64,000 nucleotides of DNA, taken from positions 2,720,001 through 2,784,000 of the forward strand of contig CBDCWI010000002.1 of NCBI GenBank assembly GCA_965223325.1, written 5' to 3'. The DNA comes from Candidatus Multivoradales bacterium (lineage in GTDB: Bacteria; Acidobacteriota; Thermoanaerobaculia; Multivoradales; Multivoraceae). Below, in pieces: positions 30,801-40,125 of the stretch (its first letter is position 1; the number at the start of each line of letters is the position of its first letter). The position numbers and the translations under genes are program-made. The notes beneath the pieces were generated by a model. That model saw only the letters and a program-made list of their open reading frames with translations, did no database searches and was not told where the DNA came from.

Positions 30801-31110
30801 CACCGACCTCGAAGCGCACCGTCAGCAACGACTTCTCGAGCATCGAGGTGGAGTACACGTATTCGACGCCGGGTACTGCCCACAAGCGACGCTCGAGCGG
30901 CAACGTGATGCGGCTCTCGACCTCGAGCGGGCTCGCGCCCGGCATGCCCACCATGACGTCCACCATGGGGACGACGATCTGAGGCTCTTCCTCGCGCGGC
31001 GTCAGGATCACCGCGAGAACACCGAGTGCCAGGGCCACTGTGACCAGGAGCGGGGTCAACTTGGAGTCGACAAAGGCGGCCGCCAGCCGGCCCGCCGGAC
31101 CCGACCTCAT
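27820..31110 (-). CDS. RND efflux transporter permease subunit
   Basis: PREEEPQI, LNRVTLFALI..GIVVDDSIIVVENI, KMLPFDNKSEF, GIMVRNSVLL and RLRPILLT motifs. Confidence 0.95.
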   Translation of the reverse strand: MRSGPAGRLAAAFVDSKLTPLLVTVALALGVLAVILTPREEEPQIVVPMVDVMVGMPGASPLEVESRITLPLERRLWAVPGVEYVYSTSMLEKSLLTVRFEVGEDLERSLVKVYEKLIRGLDAVPPGATVPLVRSRSIDDVPILALTLSSPEAPERWDSDSLRRLAGELRRRLSALDDVARVEIIGGHPRALRLELDPEALAASGLGPTQVADRLMVGNRAVVAGAVSRANQEVLIEGGALFETPEEVGERILGVKPSASGPRPIALDQVASVLEGPTDTDNLVMTRRGAAHPEGISPLYPAVTLTLAKRKGADAYKVANRVLQAVEQARGILIPDEIEVAITRNYGETANEKAMELLRHLVLAIVSVSILIGLALGWRGALVVFISVPVSFALTLFVYYTFGYTLNRVTLFALIFVTGIVVDDSIIVVENIVRHVARARAKGVAMQGSAVRDVAVAAVQEVGNPTILATLTVIVAVLPMAFVRGLMGPYMEPMPTGASLAMGFSLLVALVVTPWFAYRILVREREPDAAVAATDEGTRGADADHEIGSESRLYRLYERLLVPLLVHRRRSFMMLALVVAALLVSVAMVPLGLVNVKMLPFDNKSEFQVIVDMPEGTTLATTHAVGTDLAEVLVASPEVTDVQIYSGVAAPIGFSGLVRHYDLRRGAHVADLQVNLSHKSRRSAQSHTIARRLRAPLQEVASKHGAAIKVLEVPPGPPVLSTVVAEIYGPSQEERLVTAEGVLSIFARAADVVDVDWTPEAEQRKLSYAVDPQKAALAGVPEARVARALRLAVAGEKVGLLHREAAEEPVPVELRVPRSARSSPERLGALRLASEGGSLVPVSELTTLEERPRERSRHRKNLRPVVYVLSDVAGESESPVYAILEMSREIEKEFGGSVTQHYRAEPENTDRPALKWDGEWQITYEVFRDLGAAFGLVLVLIYVLLIGWFRSFRTPLVMMVAIPLGLVGVLPGHFVFGAFFTATSMIGFIALAGIMVRNSVLLIDFVHLSEAGGMTLGEAVVAAGATRLRPILLTAGTVVVGAVVILFDPIFQGLAIALMFGALASTALTLLVVPVLHFLVESRSHRQPLPHRWLGE

Positions 31111-32309
31111 CGTGCCTCCGGTCCATCGGCCACCGTGTCGAGAGAGGCGCGTCGCGTGCGGGCTCCGTCGAGGAGACCGGAGGGCGGTTCGACCGCATAG
31201 AGGTCGCCAGGTTCGAGCCCCGCGAGGATCGACACGAACTCCCCGTCCGCGGTGGTCTGGCCGGTTTCGACATAGCGCAGGGCGACGCGGTCTGGGCTCT
31301 TGTTCTCTCCAGGCCGGAGAAGGAAAAGCGCTTCGAGCTGGCCTCGCCTGACCACTGCACTGCGGCGAACCAGGAGCTCCTCAGAACCCTCGCTGGCCTC
31401 CCCGGGAGCGGCCCGTCTCGCAAAGAAGAGGCGCGCGAAAGCCCCCGAGCGCAGCTCCGTGGCCCGTGGGGCAGAGGCTTCGAGATCCTCGGGGGGTTCA
31501 AGGCGGGCTTTCACGGTGACCGTACGCGATCCAGGGTCGGCGACCCCGACGATCTGGGAGATCTCTGCCGGCCACTCTGTTCCCGCAATCTCGGCGGTCA
31601 CTTTGTCGCCGATCGCCAGCGCGCCGACCGTCGCCGTGGCGACCTCGGCAATCACCTCGAGCTCACGAGGGTCTTCGACAACGAAAGCGGGAGTTCCGGG
31701 CACCGTCGTGTCGCCGACTTCGACGAACTTCTCGACCACGATTCCTTCGAGCGGGCTCAGGATCTCGGCGTCCTTGCGCCGCGAGCGCGCCGCCGCCAGG
31801 CCGGAGCGGGCGGCCTCGAGCGCTGCAGCGGCGGTGAGCAACCGCGCTGCCGCGTCTTCGCGCGCCCTGTCGGTCACCGACCCTCGTTGGTGAAGGGAAC
31901 GCATCCGTCGGTCGTGGGTCTGTGCGTTGGTGTGCTCGGCCTCGGCCATCGCGACGGCCGCTGTGGCCTGGCCGACCATCGCGTCGAGGTCTCCCGTGTC
32001 GAGCCGGGCAAGCACCTGCCCGCGCTCGACGTGTTGACCGAGATCAACCGGCACGCTGACAATGGTGCCCATCCACCGTGTCCCCGGTGACGCCTTCTCT
32101 ACAGCGGCCAATCGGCCGATGGCGGCCGTCTGGCGGCCGTCTGGTGCCCTAAAGGGCGGCTCGAAGTACAGCTCGTAGACCGGGCCTTCGTCGTGGGTGG
32201 GAACCGGAACGATGCGCTCGTGCTCACCCTCGCCACAGCCGCCGAGAACTGTCATGGCAGCGAGAGCCAACCCGACAATCGCCCATTCGAAACGCAACTT
32301 TTGAACCAT
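31107..32309 (-). CDS. RND periplasmic adaptor (membrane fusion) lipoprotein
   Basis: LGGC lipobox, V..G..V..GQVLARLD lipoyl half-motif, and SPLEGIV...VEVGD and ADPGSRT motifs. Start and stop overlap both neighbouring genes. Confidence 0.9.
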   Translation of the reverse strand: MVQKLRFEWAIVGLALAAMTVLGGCGEGEHERIVPVPTHDEGPVYELYFEPPFRAPDGRQTAAIGRLAAVEKASPGTRWMGTIVSVPVDLGQHVERGQVLARLDTGDLDAMVGQATAAVAMAEAEHTNAQTHDRRMRSLHQRGSVTDRAREDAAARLLTAAAALEAARSGLAAARSRRKDAEILSPLEGIVVEKFVEVGDTTVPGTPAFVVEDPRELEVIAEVATATVGALAIGDKVTAEIAGTEWPAEISQIVGVADPGSRTVTVKARLEPPEDLEASAPRATELRSGAFARLFFARRAAPGEASEGSEELLVRRSAVVRRGQLEALFLLRPGENKSPDRVALRYVETGQTTADGEFVSILAGLEPGDLYAVEPPSGLLDGARTRRASLDTVADGPEAR

Positions 32310-33694
32310 CAGAGCTTTCCTGCCGCAAGCCGCAGAGCGGTGTCGGCCAAGTGGTGATCTCGAGCGGCAACGAGCCGACGTACCCGCGCGTCGTCGAGAA
32401 CAGTGGCGGCTTGCAGCAGCTCGACGAGAGTCGCCAGGCCGTTCTGGTAGCGGTCTTCGACGATCTCGTGGCTGCGCGTCGCAACCTCGATGGCCTGCGT
32501 CGCGGCGTCGAGACGGGCCCGGGCCGCCTCGCGGGCGAACCACGCTGATCGGGTCTCCAATTCGACGCGATCCATCGTCGATCGAAGAGCCGCCTTCGAT
32601 GTCTCTGCTCGTGCCTGGGCCATGCGAACCCGAGCCCGGCGTTCGCCGCCGTCGAAGAGCGACAGCCGAAGACCGATGGCGACCAGATGGTTGGTCCCCG
32701 ATGCGCCGAAGAAGTCCTGATCGTGCGCCTCGAGCGCGGCTTCGAACAGGACCTCGGGGCGAACGGCCGAGCGCGCCACCCGCACCCCGATCTCGGACGC
32801 CAGGACGAGGTGGCGACCGGCAGCCAGGTCAGCCCGACTGTGCGAACCCGCGACCCAATCTTCGATGGTTCGTAAAGAGCCTTCAGCCGCAAGCGGCGGA
32901 CCGTCGAGTCGAGAATCGTCGAGTTCGAGCCCGGCGGCGGGAGGTTGTCCGAGCAGCAGGTTGAGCCCGGTTTCAGCGACCGCGAGGTCGGCCTCGGCAG
33001 CCAGCGCCAACGCCACCAATTCCAGCACGCGAGCCTCGGCCTGAAGCGCCTCGGACTCCACCCGCAGGCCACCGTTGAACAGATCCCGCGCCCACCTGGC
33101 GTGCTCCTCGGCAGTCTCCACCGCTTCGAGGGAGACTGCATGCCGCTGCCGGGCGACGAGTACGCCGAGAAAGGAGTCCGTCACCCGATAGACCAGTTCC
33201 TGGCGCGCCGCCTCGTGCATCGCCTCCGAGCTCTCCTGCTGTGCACGGGCCGCCTCGACGCTCCGGGCCAGGGCGCCGCCAGCGTAGAGAGGCTGGCGGA
33301 CCGAGAGCCGCCCTGAGAAATCCTCGAGCGGCTCGGGCTGGTTGAGAGCATTCAGCGAGAAGTCGCCCTGGGTGAATTCCTCCTGCAGGAGTTTCTGACC
33401 GAAGACGAGCACTGGGTTGTCCGTACGGGCAACCCCGGCTTCGAATCCGATGCGCGGGCGACGTCGGCTGGTCGCCAGCGATAGCTCAGCGTGCGCCACC
33501 GCCATCGCAGCCTGCGCCTGGTGGAGTGTGGGATCGACGGCCATCGCATGGTCGATCGCGTCCTCCAGTGTCAGTTCAGTGCCCGTTTCAGAAGACAGGG
33601 ACTCAGAGCCATGAGAAGGCTCACTGACGATTGCCAGCACAAAGGCCACGCAAAAGCACGCGGCCGCGCGAGCGGCAGAGGACCCGAACCTCAT
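32309..33694 (-). CDS. TolC family outer membrane protein
   Basis: LTLEDAI..A, QPLYAGG, SLFDGG and RYQNGLATLVELLQA motifs. Start uncertain (ORF extends to 33838). Confidence 0.9.
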   Translation of the reverse strand: MRFGSSAARAAACFCVAFVLAIVSEPSHGSESLSSETGTELTLEDAIDHAMAVDPTLHQAQAAMAVAHAELSLATSRRRPRIGFEAGVARTDNPVLVFGQKLLQEEFTQGDFSLNALNQPEPLEDFSGRLSVRQPLYAGGALARSVEAARAQQESSEAMHEAARQELVYRVTDSFLGVLVARQRHAVSLEAVETAEEHARWARDLFNGGLRVESEALQAEARVLELVALALAAEADLAVAETGLNLLLGQPPAAGLELDDSRLDGPPLAAEGSLRTIEDWVAGSHSRADLAAGRHLVLASEIGVRVARSAVRPEVLFEAALEAHDQDFFGASGTNHLVAIGLRLSLFDGGERRARVRMAQARAETSKAALRSTMDRVELETRSAWFAREAARARLDAATQAIEVATRSHEIVEDRYQNGLATLVELLQAATVLDDARVRRLVAARDHHLADTALRLAAGKL

Positions 33695-34095
33695 CGAATC
33701 AGGTCGCCGGACTGCCGGCGTCGCAGGGATAGCCTCCAACGGAGGTAGGCACTGACAAACGCCGTGAACAGAAAGAAACCCCGAAACAGGCACAAGGTGC
33801 CCGCTAAAGGCACGGATCTGACTCTCGATCGTCATCACGACCTCGTCACAACCCGCTCCGTCTATCCGGGGGACAAATCAGCGCGCACCCAGGACCGAAC
33901 GCAGGGAGTCGTTGAACAATGGGTTAACCTTGGCAGAAACATACCAAGTGTCCATCTCGTAGAGGTACCGGATCTGGCTGCGGAACCTGCCTAGCGACTT
34001 CGTGGCGGCGCGCCACTAGCGTTCAGTCTCCCACCCGTCGCGGTACTTCGGACGACACCGGAAGAGACGTACCCGACGGCCAACTGGAGAGTTCG

Positions 34096-34623
34096 ATGGC
34101 GAAACGACCAGCGACTTTACGAATCCGGTGCCTTGGTGAAACAGACCTGGGAACCGTGCTCCGGCAAGCCCTGCTCCCGCAAGCCGTGCTTCTACAAGTC
34201 CTACTCCTTTCGGCCCTGGTCCTCGGAGCCTGCATCGGCCCAAAGTCGGCGAGCGGCTTTCGACTTCCCGATGGTGACCCGGCTAAGGGCCAGCAGGAGT
34301 TCGTCGAGCTCGGCTGCCACGTCTGCCATCTGATCGACGGGGTGGAATCCCCACAGATGGAAGTCGGGCCAGACGTTCAAGTGCGGCTTGGTGGCCAGGT
34401 GAGCCGCGTCAAGACCTATGGCGACCTCGTGACCTCGATCATCAATCCATCCCACCGGTTTGCTGCCGGCTACCCGCCGGAGCGCGTGCGAGTCGACGGG
34501 GAGTCCCGCATGACGGTCTACAACGACCACATGACGGTGCAACAGCTCGTCGACCTGGTGGCGTTCCTGAGCTCCAAATACGAGGTCAAGGCTCCGGATT
34601 ACGAGTACGTCCCCTTCGGCTGA
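34096..34623 (+). CDS. Monoheme c-type cytochrome lipoprotein (SoxX-like pattern)
   Basis: LGAC lipobox; GDPAKGQQEF..LGCHVCH, SIINPSH and SRM...MTVQQLVDLVAFL motifs. Confidence 0.8.
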   Translation: MAKRPATLRIRCLGETDLGTVLRQALLPQAVLLQVLLLSALVLGACIGPKSASGFRLPDGDPAKGQQEFVELGCHVCHLIDGVESPQMEVGPDVQVRLGGQVSRVKTYGDLVTSIINPSHRFAAGYPPERVRVDGESRMTVYNDHMTVQQLVDLVAFLSSKYEVKAPDYEYVPFG

Positions 34624-35115
34624 ACCATCGAGGTGTCAGGCCCTCGACTTCGCTCATGCTGTTTTGCGACACGTGGGAAACTGCGCCTCGAGCCAACACA
34701 CGACATCGCGCTCGCACGAACGCCGACACCTGACACCTTGGCAGCGCGCAGGCAGGCAGCTCGAAGACCTGGTCGTGGTCTGCCGACAGGCCGCCAGCCT
34801 CTCGGAGCTTCGAAACACTGCTCAGCCTGGACTCTCCGATCTGATCGACCCCCACGGTAGGCTGGCTGCATCGGCGACGCCCGAGCACCGCAGTGGCGAT
34901 GGCCCGGGCGTGGCCGTGCGCGACGGCGAGCATGGGCTGTCTGCGGCCACAGCGGCTTTTTCGTGGGCGACAACTCAAAAGCGGCCTACCTCGACGGCTA
35001 CCTGGCGTTACAGATCAACTCCCACGACACCAGGGTCGGTGAGTCCGTGAGTCGCCTGAGTCCATGTCGTCACTCGTGGCGTACCCCCTGTTCCGTGGAT
35101 CCAGAGAGGGACAAG

Positions 35116-36441
35116 ATGAGCCTCAACGCCTACCTTCGCGAAGACTCCCGCTCCAAAGACCTCTACGAGCGCGGCCTGCGCGTCATGCCGGGTGGTAACT
35201 CGCGCCACACCGTGGTGATGAATCCCTACCCGGTCTACGCGGCGACAGGCAACGGCTGCCGGGTCATCGATGTCGAGGGCGAGGAGCGCATCGACTTCGT
35301 GAACAACTACACGTCGCTCATCCTCGGTCATTCCGATCCGCAGGTGACTGAGGCGGTGACTACCGTGATCCGTCGCGGGACGGCGTTTTCTCTCCCCACC
35401 GAAACCGACATCCGACTCGCCGAGCTGCTCATCGAGCGCATTCCGGCGATCGAGCAGATCCGTTTCTGCAACTCGGGCTCCGAAGCCGTTCTCCTCGCCC
35501 TGCGCGCCGCCCGCGCTTTCACCGAACGCGGCAAGATCGCCAAGTTCGAAGGCTGTTACCACGGCATCTACGACTACGCCCAGGCCAGTGACTCGTCGCG
35601 ACCCCACAATTGGGGAGACCGAGAACACCCGGCGACGACCCTCGAGGTCAGCATGTCACCGAGCGTTGCCGAGGACGTCTTGACTCTGCCCTTCAACCGC
35701 CCCGAAATCTGCCGTGCGTTGATCGAGGAGAACGCAGCCGATCTCGCCGCTGTTCTGGTCGATCCGTTACCGGCGGCGCTCGCCCTCATGTCGCCGGCCG
35801 ACGGGTTTCTCGAGTTCCTGCGCGAGATCACCGAGCAGCACGGCATTCTGCTGGTCGCCGACGAAGTGTTGTCGTTTCGCGTCGACTTCCACGGCGCCTG
35901 CCATGCCCACGGAATCACCCCCGACCTGGTCGCACTCGGCAAGGTCATCGGCGGTGGTTTCCCGGTCGGAGCGGTGGGCGGTTCTTCCGAGGTGATGGCA
36001 GTTTTTGATCACCGCGACGGCGAGCGCGTGCACCACGGGGGCACCTACAACGCCAACCCGGTGACCATGGTCGCAGGGTACGAGACCATGAGCCAGATGA
36101 CCGAGGAGGCCTACGCACGACTCGCCGCGCTGGGTGACTATCTGCGCGCCGAGCTCGGAAAGATGCTCGATCGGCGTGGCATCACGCACCAGATCACCGG
36201 GCGCGGCTCGCTGTTCGCCATCCTCTTCAGCGACGCGCCGCTCAAAGACTTCCGCGACGTCGCCATGAGCCGCGCCAGCGGGCCTGAACTCTCGAGGCTC
36301 GTACACGAGATGCTCGGGCGCGGCATCCTGCTCGGCGCGCGAGGGCTCTTCGGAGCCCTGTCGACACCGATGACCGAAAAGGAAATCGACGCGTTCGTGC
36401 GCGCCCTCGATGAGTCTCTCGAGGCGCTAGGGGTAGCCTGA
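35116..36441 (+). CDS. Class III PLP-dependent aminotransferase (glutamate-1-semialdehyde aminomutase-like)
   Basis: MPGGNSR, LGH, RFCNSGSEA, FEGCYHG, DEV, PDLVALGKVIGGGFPVGAVGG and GTYNANP motifs. Confidence 0.9.
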   Translation: MSLNAYLREDSRSKDLYERGLRVMPGGNSRHTVVMNPYPVYAATGNGCRVIDVEGEERIDFVNNYTSLILGHSDPQVTEAVTTVIRRGTAFSLPTETDIRLAELLIERIPAIEQIRFCNSGSEAVLLALRAARAFTERGKIAKFEGCYHGIYDYAQASDSSRPHNWGDREHPATTLEVSMSPSVAEDVLTLPFNRPEICRALIEENAADLAAVLVDPLPAALALMSPADGFLEFLREITEQHGILLVADEVLSFRVDFHGACHAHGITPDLVALGKVIGGGFPVGAVGGSSEVMAVFDHRDGERVHHGGTYNANPVTMVAGYETMSQMTEEAYARLAALGDYLRAELGKMLDRRGITHQITGRGSLFAILFSDAPLKDFRDVAMSRASGPELSRLVHEMLGRGILLGARGLFGALSTPMTEKEIDAFVRALDESLEALGVA

Positions 36442-36460
36442 GTTAGGGCCGGGCCGAAGC

Positions 36461-36630
36461 GACTAGTACCCCGTACCATTGAAACGGATAGTGGCTGAGC
36501 GGATGATCGTGCTCGAGATCAAGGCGTCACGACAGAGGTATATTGGTGATCTGTCGAGGAGTGACAACACAGAGATCGAGCGCGAGGACCGCGCAGACGC
36601 TGTGCGTTTCAATGGTACGGGGTACTAGTC
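36461..36630. mobile_element. MITE with perfect 26-bp terminal inverted repeats containing CTAG
   Basis: gactagtaccccgtaccattgaaacg (36461-36486) and cgtttcaatggtacggggtactagtc (36605-36630), with nested internal stems and no ORF. Confidence 0.85.
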
Positions 36631-37317
36631 GCGGACTCCTTTGCCGCCCTGGTAGGCACCGTGCCAGCCGTCGCTTGAGATCTCTTTGCCGACTTTCTTG
36701 ACCCACTTGAAGAACTTGCTGTCGGTCGTCGACCAGCTCGTGCCGCTGACCACCCGATGATGAAGCGCCGCGACGACCTCGCCGCTGGCTGCGTCGATGA
36801 ACTTCAGATCGATCGTGGTGTTGCCAGACCCGGCACCGAAGCCCACCAGCATCTTGGCGGCGGTGCTACCGGTGCTGCAGTCGACGATTCGACCGTCGAC
36901 ACGGATCTCTCCGGCGTCGTTGGACGACGGCAGCTGACTGGCGAAGTTGGAGTTCCAGACGTCAGCAAACGAGCGGTGCATATCGCTCGCCATTTCGCGC
37001 GCCAGGCGACGATCGTTCTCGTCACGGTCGGTCAACAGTTCGGGCTCTGGAAACTCGACGAAATGAAGCGTCTTGCCGGAAAAGTCGTAGCCCTCCTTGA
37101 CCCAGAAGTAGTCGACCTCATCGATCTCGGCCCAGGGGCGCTCGCCACCAAACCAATCCTGGACCAGGGTTCCCTTGTCGAGGTCCCCGGAGACGACCTG
37201 CTTGACCTTGCCCTTCCTTTTTCGTTTCTGGGCGGTGGCGGGGTCGGAGACCGCCACCAACATGACTGCGGCGGCAAGAGTGGACGCGAGCGTCATGGAG
37301 AGCTTGTTGACCAGCAT
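36625..37317 (-). CDS. DUF4410 domain secreted protein
   Basis: GAGGA RBS and signal peptide. Contains V.GRIVDCSTGSTAAKMLVGFGAG.....D.KFID..SGE. Confidence 0.75.
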   Translation of the reverse strand: MLVNKLSMTLASTLAAAVMLVAVSDPATAQKRKRKGKVKQVVSGDLDKGTLVQDWFGGERPWAEIDEVDYFWVKEGYDFSGKTLHFVEFPEPELLTDRDENDRRLAREMASDMHRSFADVWNSNFASQLPSSNDAGEIRVDGRIVDCSTGSTAAKMLVGFGAGSGNTTIDLKFIDAASGEVVAALHHRVVSGTSWSTTDSKFFKWVKKVGKEISSDGWHGAYQGGKGVRD

Positions 37318-37688
37318 TTTGATTCCTCGTTGGTTGAAAGGGCCTCGAATGGCTTGGGTTGGAACTCGCGATGCGAGCTCCCCTGAAAGACTAGTAACTC
37401 TATTGTTTCTTGAACAGCTTTCCCAGCCTGGAAAGGCCTTGCAAAGCCTGTAACTAGTGGAACGCCGAGGTGGCGGTAGAAGGCTCTCTTGCGCGCGACG
37501 ATCGCTGACGTCACCTCAGGGGACTCCAGAGCAACCCGTGTCGCGATCTTTCCTGTGGCGCGTGCCGGGGGCTCGCCTGGTTTTCCTCTCGATCGGACCG
37601 AAGGTGATTGGCGCGCTGCGCATCCAGTCCGGTGAAGCGCGAACCGGCGGTCGTCGGTTTCCCAGTAACCGGCGAGGACCTGGCGCCC

Positions 37689-39320
37689 ATGAAGAGACAG
37701 CACTGGACGGACCGTGCCCAAAGTTGGCGGGTGGCCCTGTTGATCTGGGCGTTGTTTGCGGCTGTTCTTTGTTTCGGCAATCTTGGCGGCTTCGGGATCA
37801 TTTCGATGGAGGGAATGGTCGCTGATGGCGGTCGGGCGATGCTCGAGACCGGCGAGTGGGCGGTACCGACGGTCTACGGTGAGATGTACACCTTCAAGCC
37901 CGCCCTGGCCTACTGGCTCTCGGCCTGGTCGCAGCACTTTGTCGGGACTTCCGAGTGGGCTCTACGGCTGCCCTTCGCCACCTGTGGGGCGGCGCTGGGA
38001 CTTCTCGTACTGATCGTCATCGGACGGCGGCTCGGTCCGCGCGTCGGCCTGTTCGCCGCCCTGGCGGCGATGGGGGGCGGCCTCTTTCTGGAGAAGGTGC
38101 GCCTCGCAGAGTTCGACACGCCGCTCGCCTTGGGTGTTGGAATCGCCGTGGCCGCCGCGGTGAGCAACCTGTCACGCCAGCGACCAAGCTTCCTACTCTG
38201 GCTGGCGGCCTACGCGGGTCTTACCGTGGGTTTTCTAGGCAAGGGGGTTCCGGCTCTGATGGCCTTTGCACCGGGGCTCTTGCTGGCCGCCGCATGGAAT
38301 CGTCGCCTGCCGAGCCTCTTCTCATGGCGACATCTCGCGCCGTTCCTCTTCTTTGTCGGATCGATCGCAGCCTATCTGTGGTGGGCGGTCGACGGTGCGG
38401 GCTGGCAAGTGTTCGACCAGCCACTGCGGGAGGCGAGATTCCGTGGCGCGACCTGGGACGCAGCGTCCCTCGCGCGAACCGTCACCAAGCCGCTTCTTAT
38501 CCTGGGTGCCTTCCTGCCGTGGAGTCTTCCGCTGGCGCTCACCGAAGCGAAGCCCTGGCGGCGTTGTGACCCGGTGGGCGCGGCCTGGCGTGCTGGTGCG
38601 GCCTTTCTGCTCGCTGGCACCGCGTTCTACGTCGCGGTACCGACGCATGAAATGCGCTACTACCTTCCACTCGCGACCGCCAACGCGATCGTCGCGGCCA
38701 TCTCGCTCGAACTGGCTCTCGCTCGACCGGTTTCGCGACGGTTCGTAGCGCTACTCCGTGGCCTGCTGGCCAGCGTTGCAGTCGTGGCCATAGGACTCAC
38801 CACCTGGGAGCGTCCCGATGGTGGTCTGGCCCTGGTTGTTGTGTTCGCGCTGCTCGGGTCGGCGGCCTTCGCTCGACGCACCGCCAGGGGCACCACAGTC
38901 GCGACGCTGGTCGTCGCCCTGTCGCTCCTGGTCGGAGTGGCAGAGGCCTGGGTCCTGATGCCGCGGCGGGCATCGACCCGCGATCAGTCGGTGAACGCCG
39001 CCGAACTCAAACGCTACCTCCCTGAGGGTGAGGTGGTCTGGACTCAGGGCCCGTCGGACGCCGCTGGAAAGCACTCGTCGCTCTACCACTACCTCGACCA
39101 CCCGATTCGGACATTCGACCACGAGCATCCACCGCCGCCCGGAGCGTTCGTGATCGCGCCCTCGCCCAGTCCGATCTCGCCGATCGACTGCGCGCCCTAC
39201 GAGGGCGCGGCGGTGATCGAGTTCAAAGAACCACGGCTCGCAATCGTCCAGCACCATGAGGGCGAGTTCTCGCTCTTGCGTCCCGGACTCGGAACGGGCG
39301 ATGTGAATATCGGGGGGTAG
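37689..39320 (+). CDS. ArnT/PMT-type (GT-C) membrane glycosyltransferase
   Basis: MLETGEW.VP...G....KPAL.YW, EWALRLP, GFLGKG and RYYLP motifs; many TM helices. Confidence 0.85.
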   Translation: MKRQHWTDRAQSWRVALLIWALFAAVLCFGNLGGFGIISMEGMVADGGRAMLETGEWAVPTVYGEMYTFKPALAYWLSAWSQHFVGTSEWALRLPFATCGAALGLLVLIVIGRRLGPRVGLFAALAAMGGGLFLEKVRLAEFDTPLALGVGIAVAAAVSNLSRQRPSFLLWLAAYAGLTVGFLGKGVPALMAFAPGLLLAAAWNRRLPSLFSWRHLAPFLFFVGSIAAYLWWAVDGAGWQVFDQPLREARFRGATWDAASLARTVTKPLLILGAFLPWSLPLALTEAKPWRRCDPVGAAWRAGAAFLLAGTAFYVAVPTHEMRYYLPLATANAIVAAISLELALARPVSRRFVALLRGLLASVAVVAIGLTTWERPDGGLALVVVFALLGSAAFARRTARGTTVATLVVALSLLVGVAEAWVLMPRRASTRDQSVNAAELKRYLPEGEVVWTQGPSDAAGKHSSLYHYLDHPIRTFDHEHPPPPGAFVIAPSPSPISPIDCAPYEGAAVIEFKEPRLAIVQHHEGEFSLLRPGLGTGDVNIGG

Positions 39321-39366
39321 AAGGCCCGCACGATCGGTTTGCGACGCGAAGCGTGAGTCTTCGGAC

Positions 39367-40125
39367 TCAGAACAGAAACGGCACCAGCGCTCGACGACGC
39401 AACGGGTAGTCCTTGAACCGCTCGCGGTACCAGGCACGGTTCGAAAGCGCGCGGGGCCCCAGATTGGCCAGGGTGTATAGAGCGAAGGCCAGGCCCGGCA
39501 GCGACCACGTTGCGAGTGCAAAACCGAACCACTGGATAATCTCTCCCAGGTAGTTCGGACACGCAACGTATTCATACAACCAACCTCGGGGTACGCGGTA
39601 GCCAGAGTCTCCGGGCGCACGCAGTGTTCGAAGCATCTGGTCGGCCTTCAGGTGGATGGCAAAGCCCACGACGAAGAACGTCACTCCGACCACGAAGCGC
39701 GGATCGTGTAGCCAGTCGGCCGGGTAGGTTCCGAAGTGCGAAATGAAACGGGCGTTGACGTAGGCGTTCTGACAGTTGAAGAAGAAGCCCAGCAGGACGA
39801 TCACCAGTGGCATCGGCTTGCTCGATCCGCGGATCAGGAACGGAAAGATGAACGCTCGATAGACGTAGTGGCCCTGCCAGAGAACGAGAAAGACCAACGG
39901 CAAGAGCTGCCGGGCAGAATCTCCGCGCCAATACACGACCAGAAACACCACCACCGTGGGCAGCTCCATCACCAGCCAACCCAGCCGATTCGACAGCCCC
40001 GGACCCCAGCCGGAGCGATAGTGTCGTCCGTACGGCGCCGCGATCAAAAAGAGACAGACGAGCGTCACGGGTGCGAGCGCAATGATCGCCCAGGTCAGCG
40101 CGAAGTGAAGCTGTGCCTCGTTCAT
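39367..40125 (-). CDS. 3-oxo-5-alpha-steroid 4-dehydrogenase (steroid 5-alpha-reductase) family protein
   Basis: APYGRH, GWLVMELP, HYVYRAFIFP, LR.PGDSGY.VPRG.LYEYV.CPNYLGEIIQW and NLGPRA motifs. Confidence 0.92.
   Translation of the reverse strand: MNEAQLHFALTWAIIALAPVTLVCLFLIAAPYGRHYRSGWGPGLSNRLGWLVMELPTVVVFLVVYWRGDSARQLLPLVFLVLWQGHYVYRAFIFPFLIRGSSKPMPLVIVLLGFFFNCQNAYVNARFISHFGTYPADWLHDPRFVVGVTFFVVGFAIHLKADQMLRTLRAPGDSGYRVPRGWLYEYVACPNYLGEIIQWFGFALATWSLPGLAFALYTLANLGPRALSNRAWYRERFKDYPLRRRALVPFLF

Noticed and set aside
34160-34210. Degenerate 15-bp repeats (QALLP/QAVLL/QVLLL) in the cytochrome signal region
   Set aside because: They are short, degenerate and in-frame, with no sign of a phase-variable tract.
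35116-36441. Calling this gene hemL
   Set aside because: It has the GSA-aminomutase-like fold but lacks the typical GGVNSPVR N-terminal motif (it has GGNSRHT), so it is probably a paralog.
37390-37458. Two ACTAGT sites 63 bp apart and a sigma54-like TGG...TTGC
   Set aside because: The inverted repeat is too short to call a MITE, and the GG-GC spacing is 9 rather than 10 nt.
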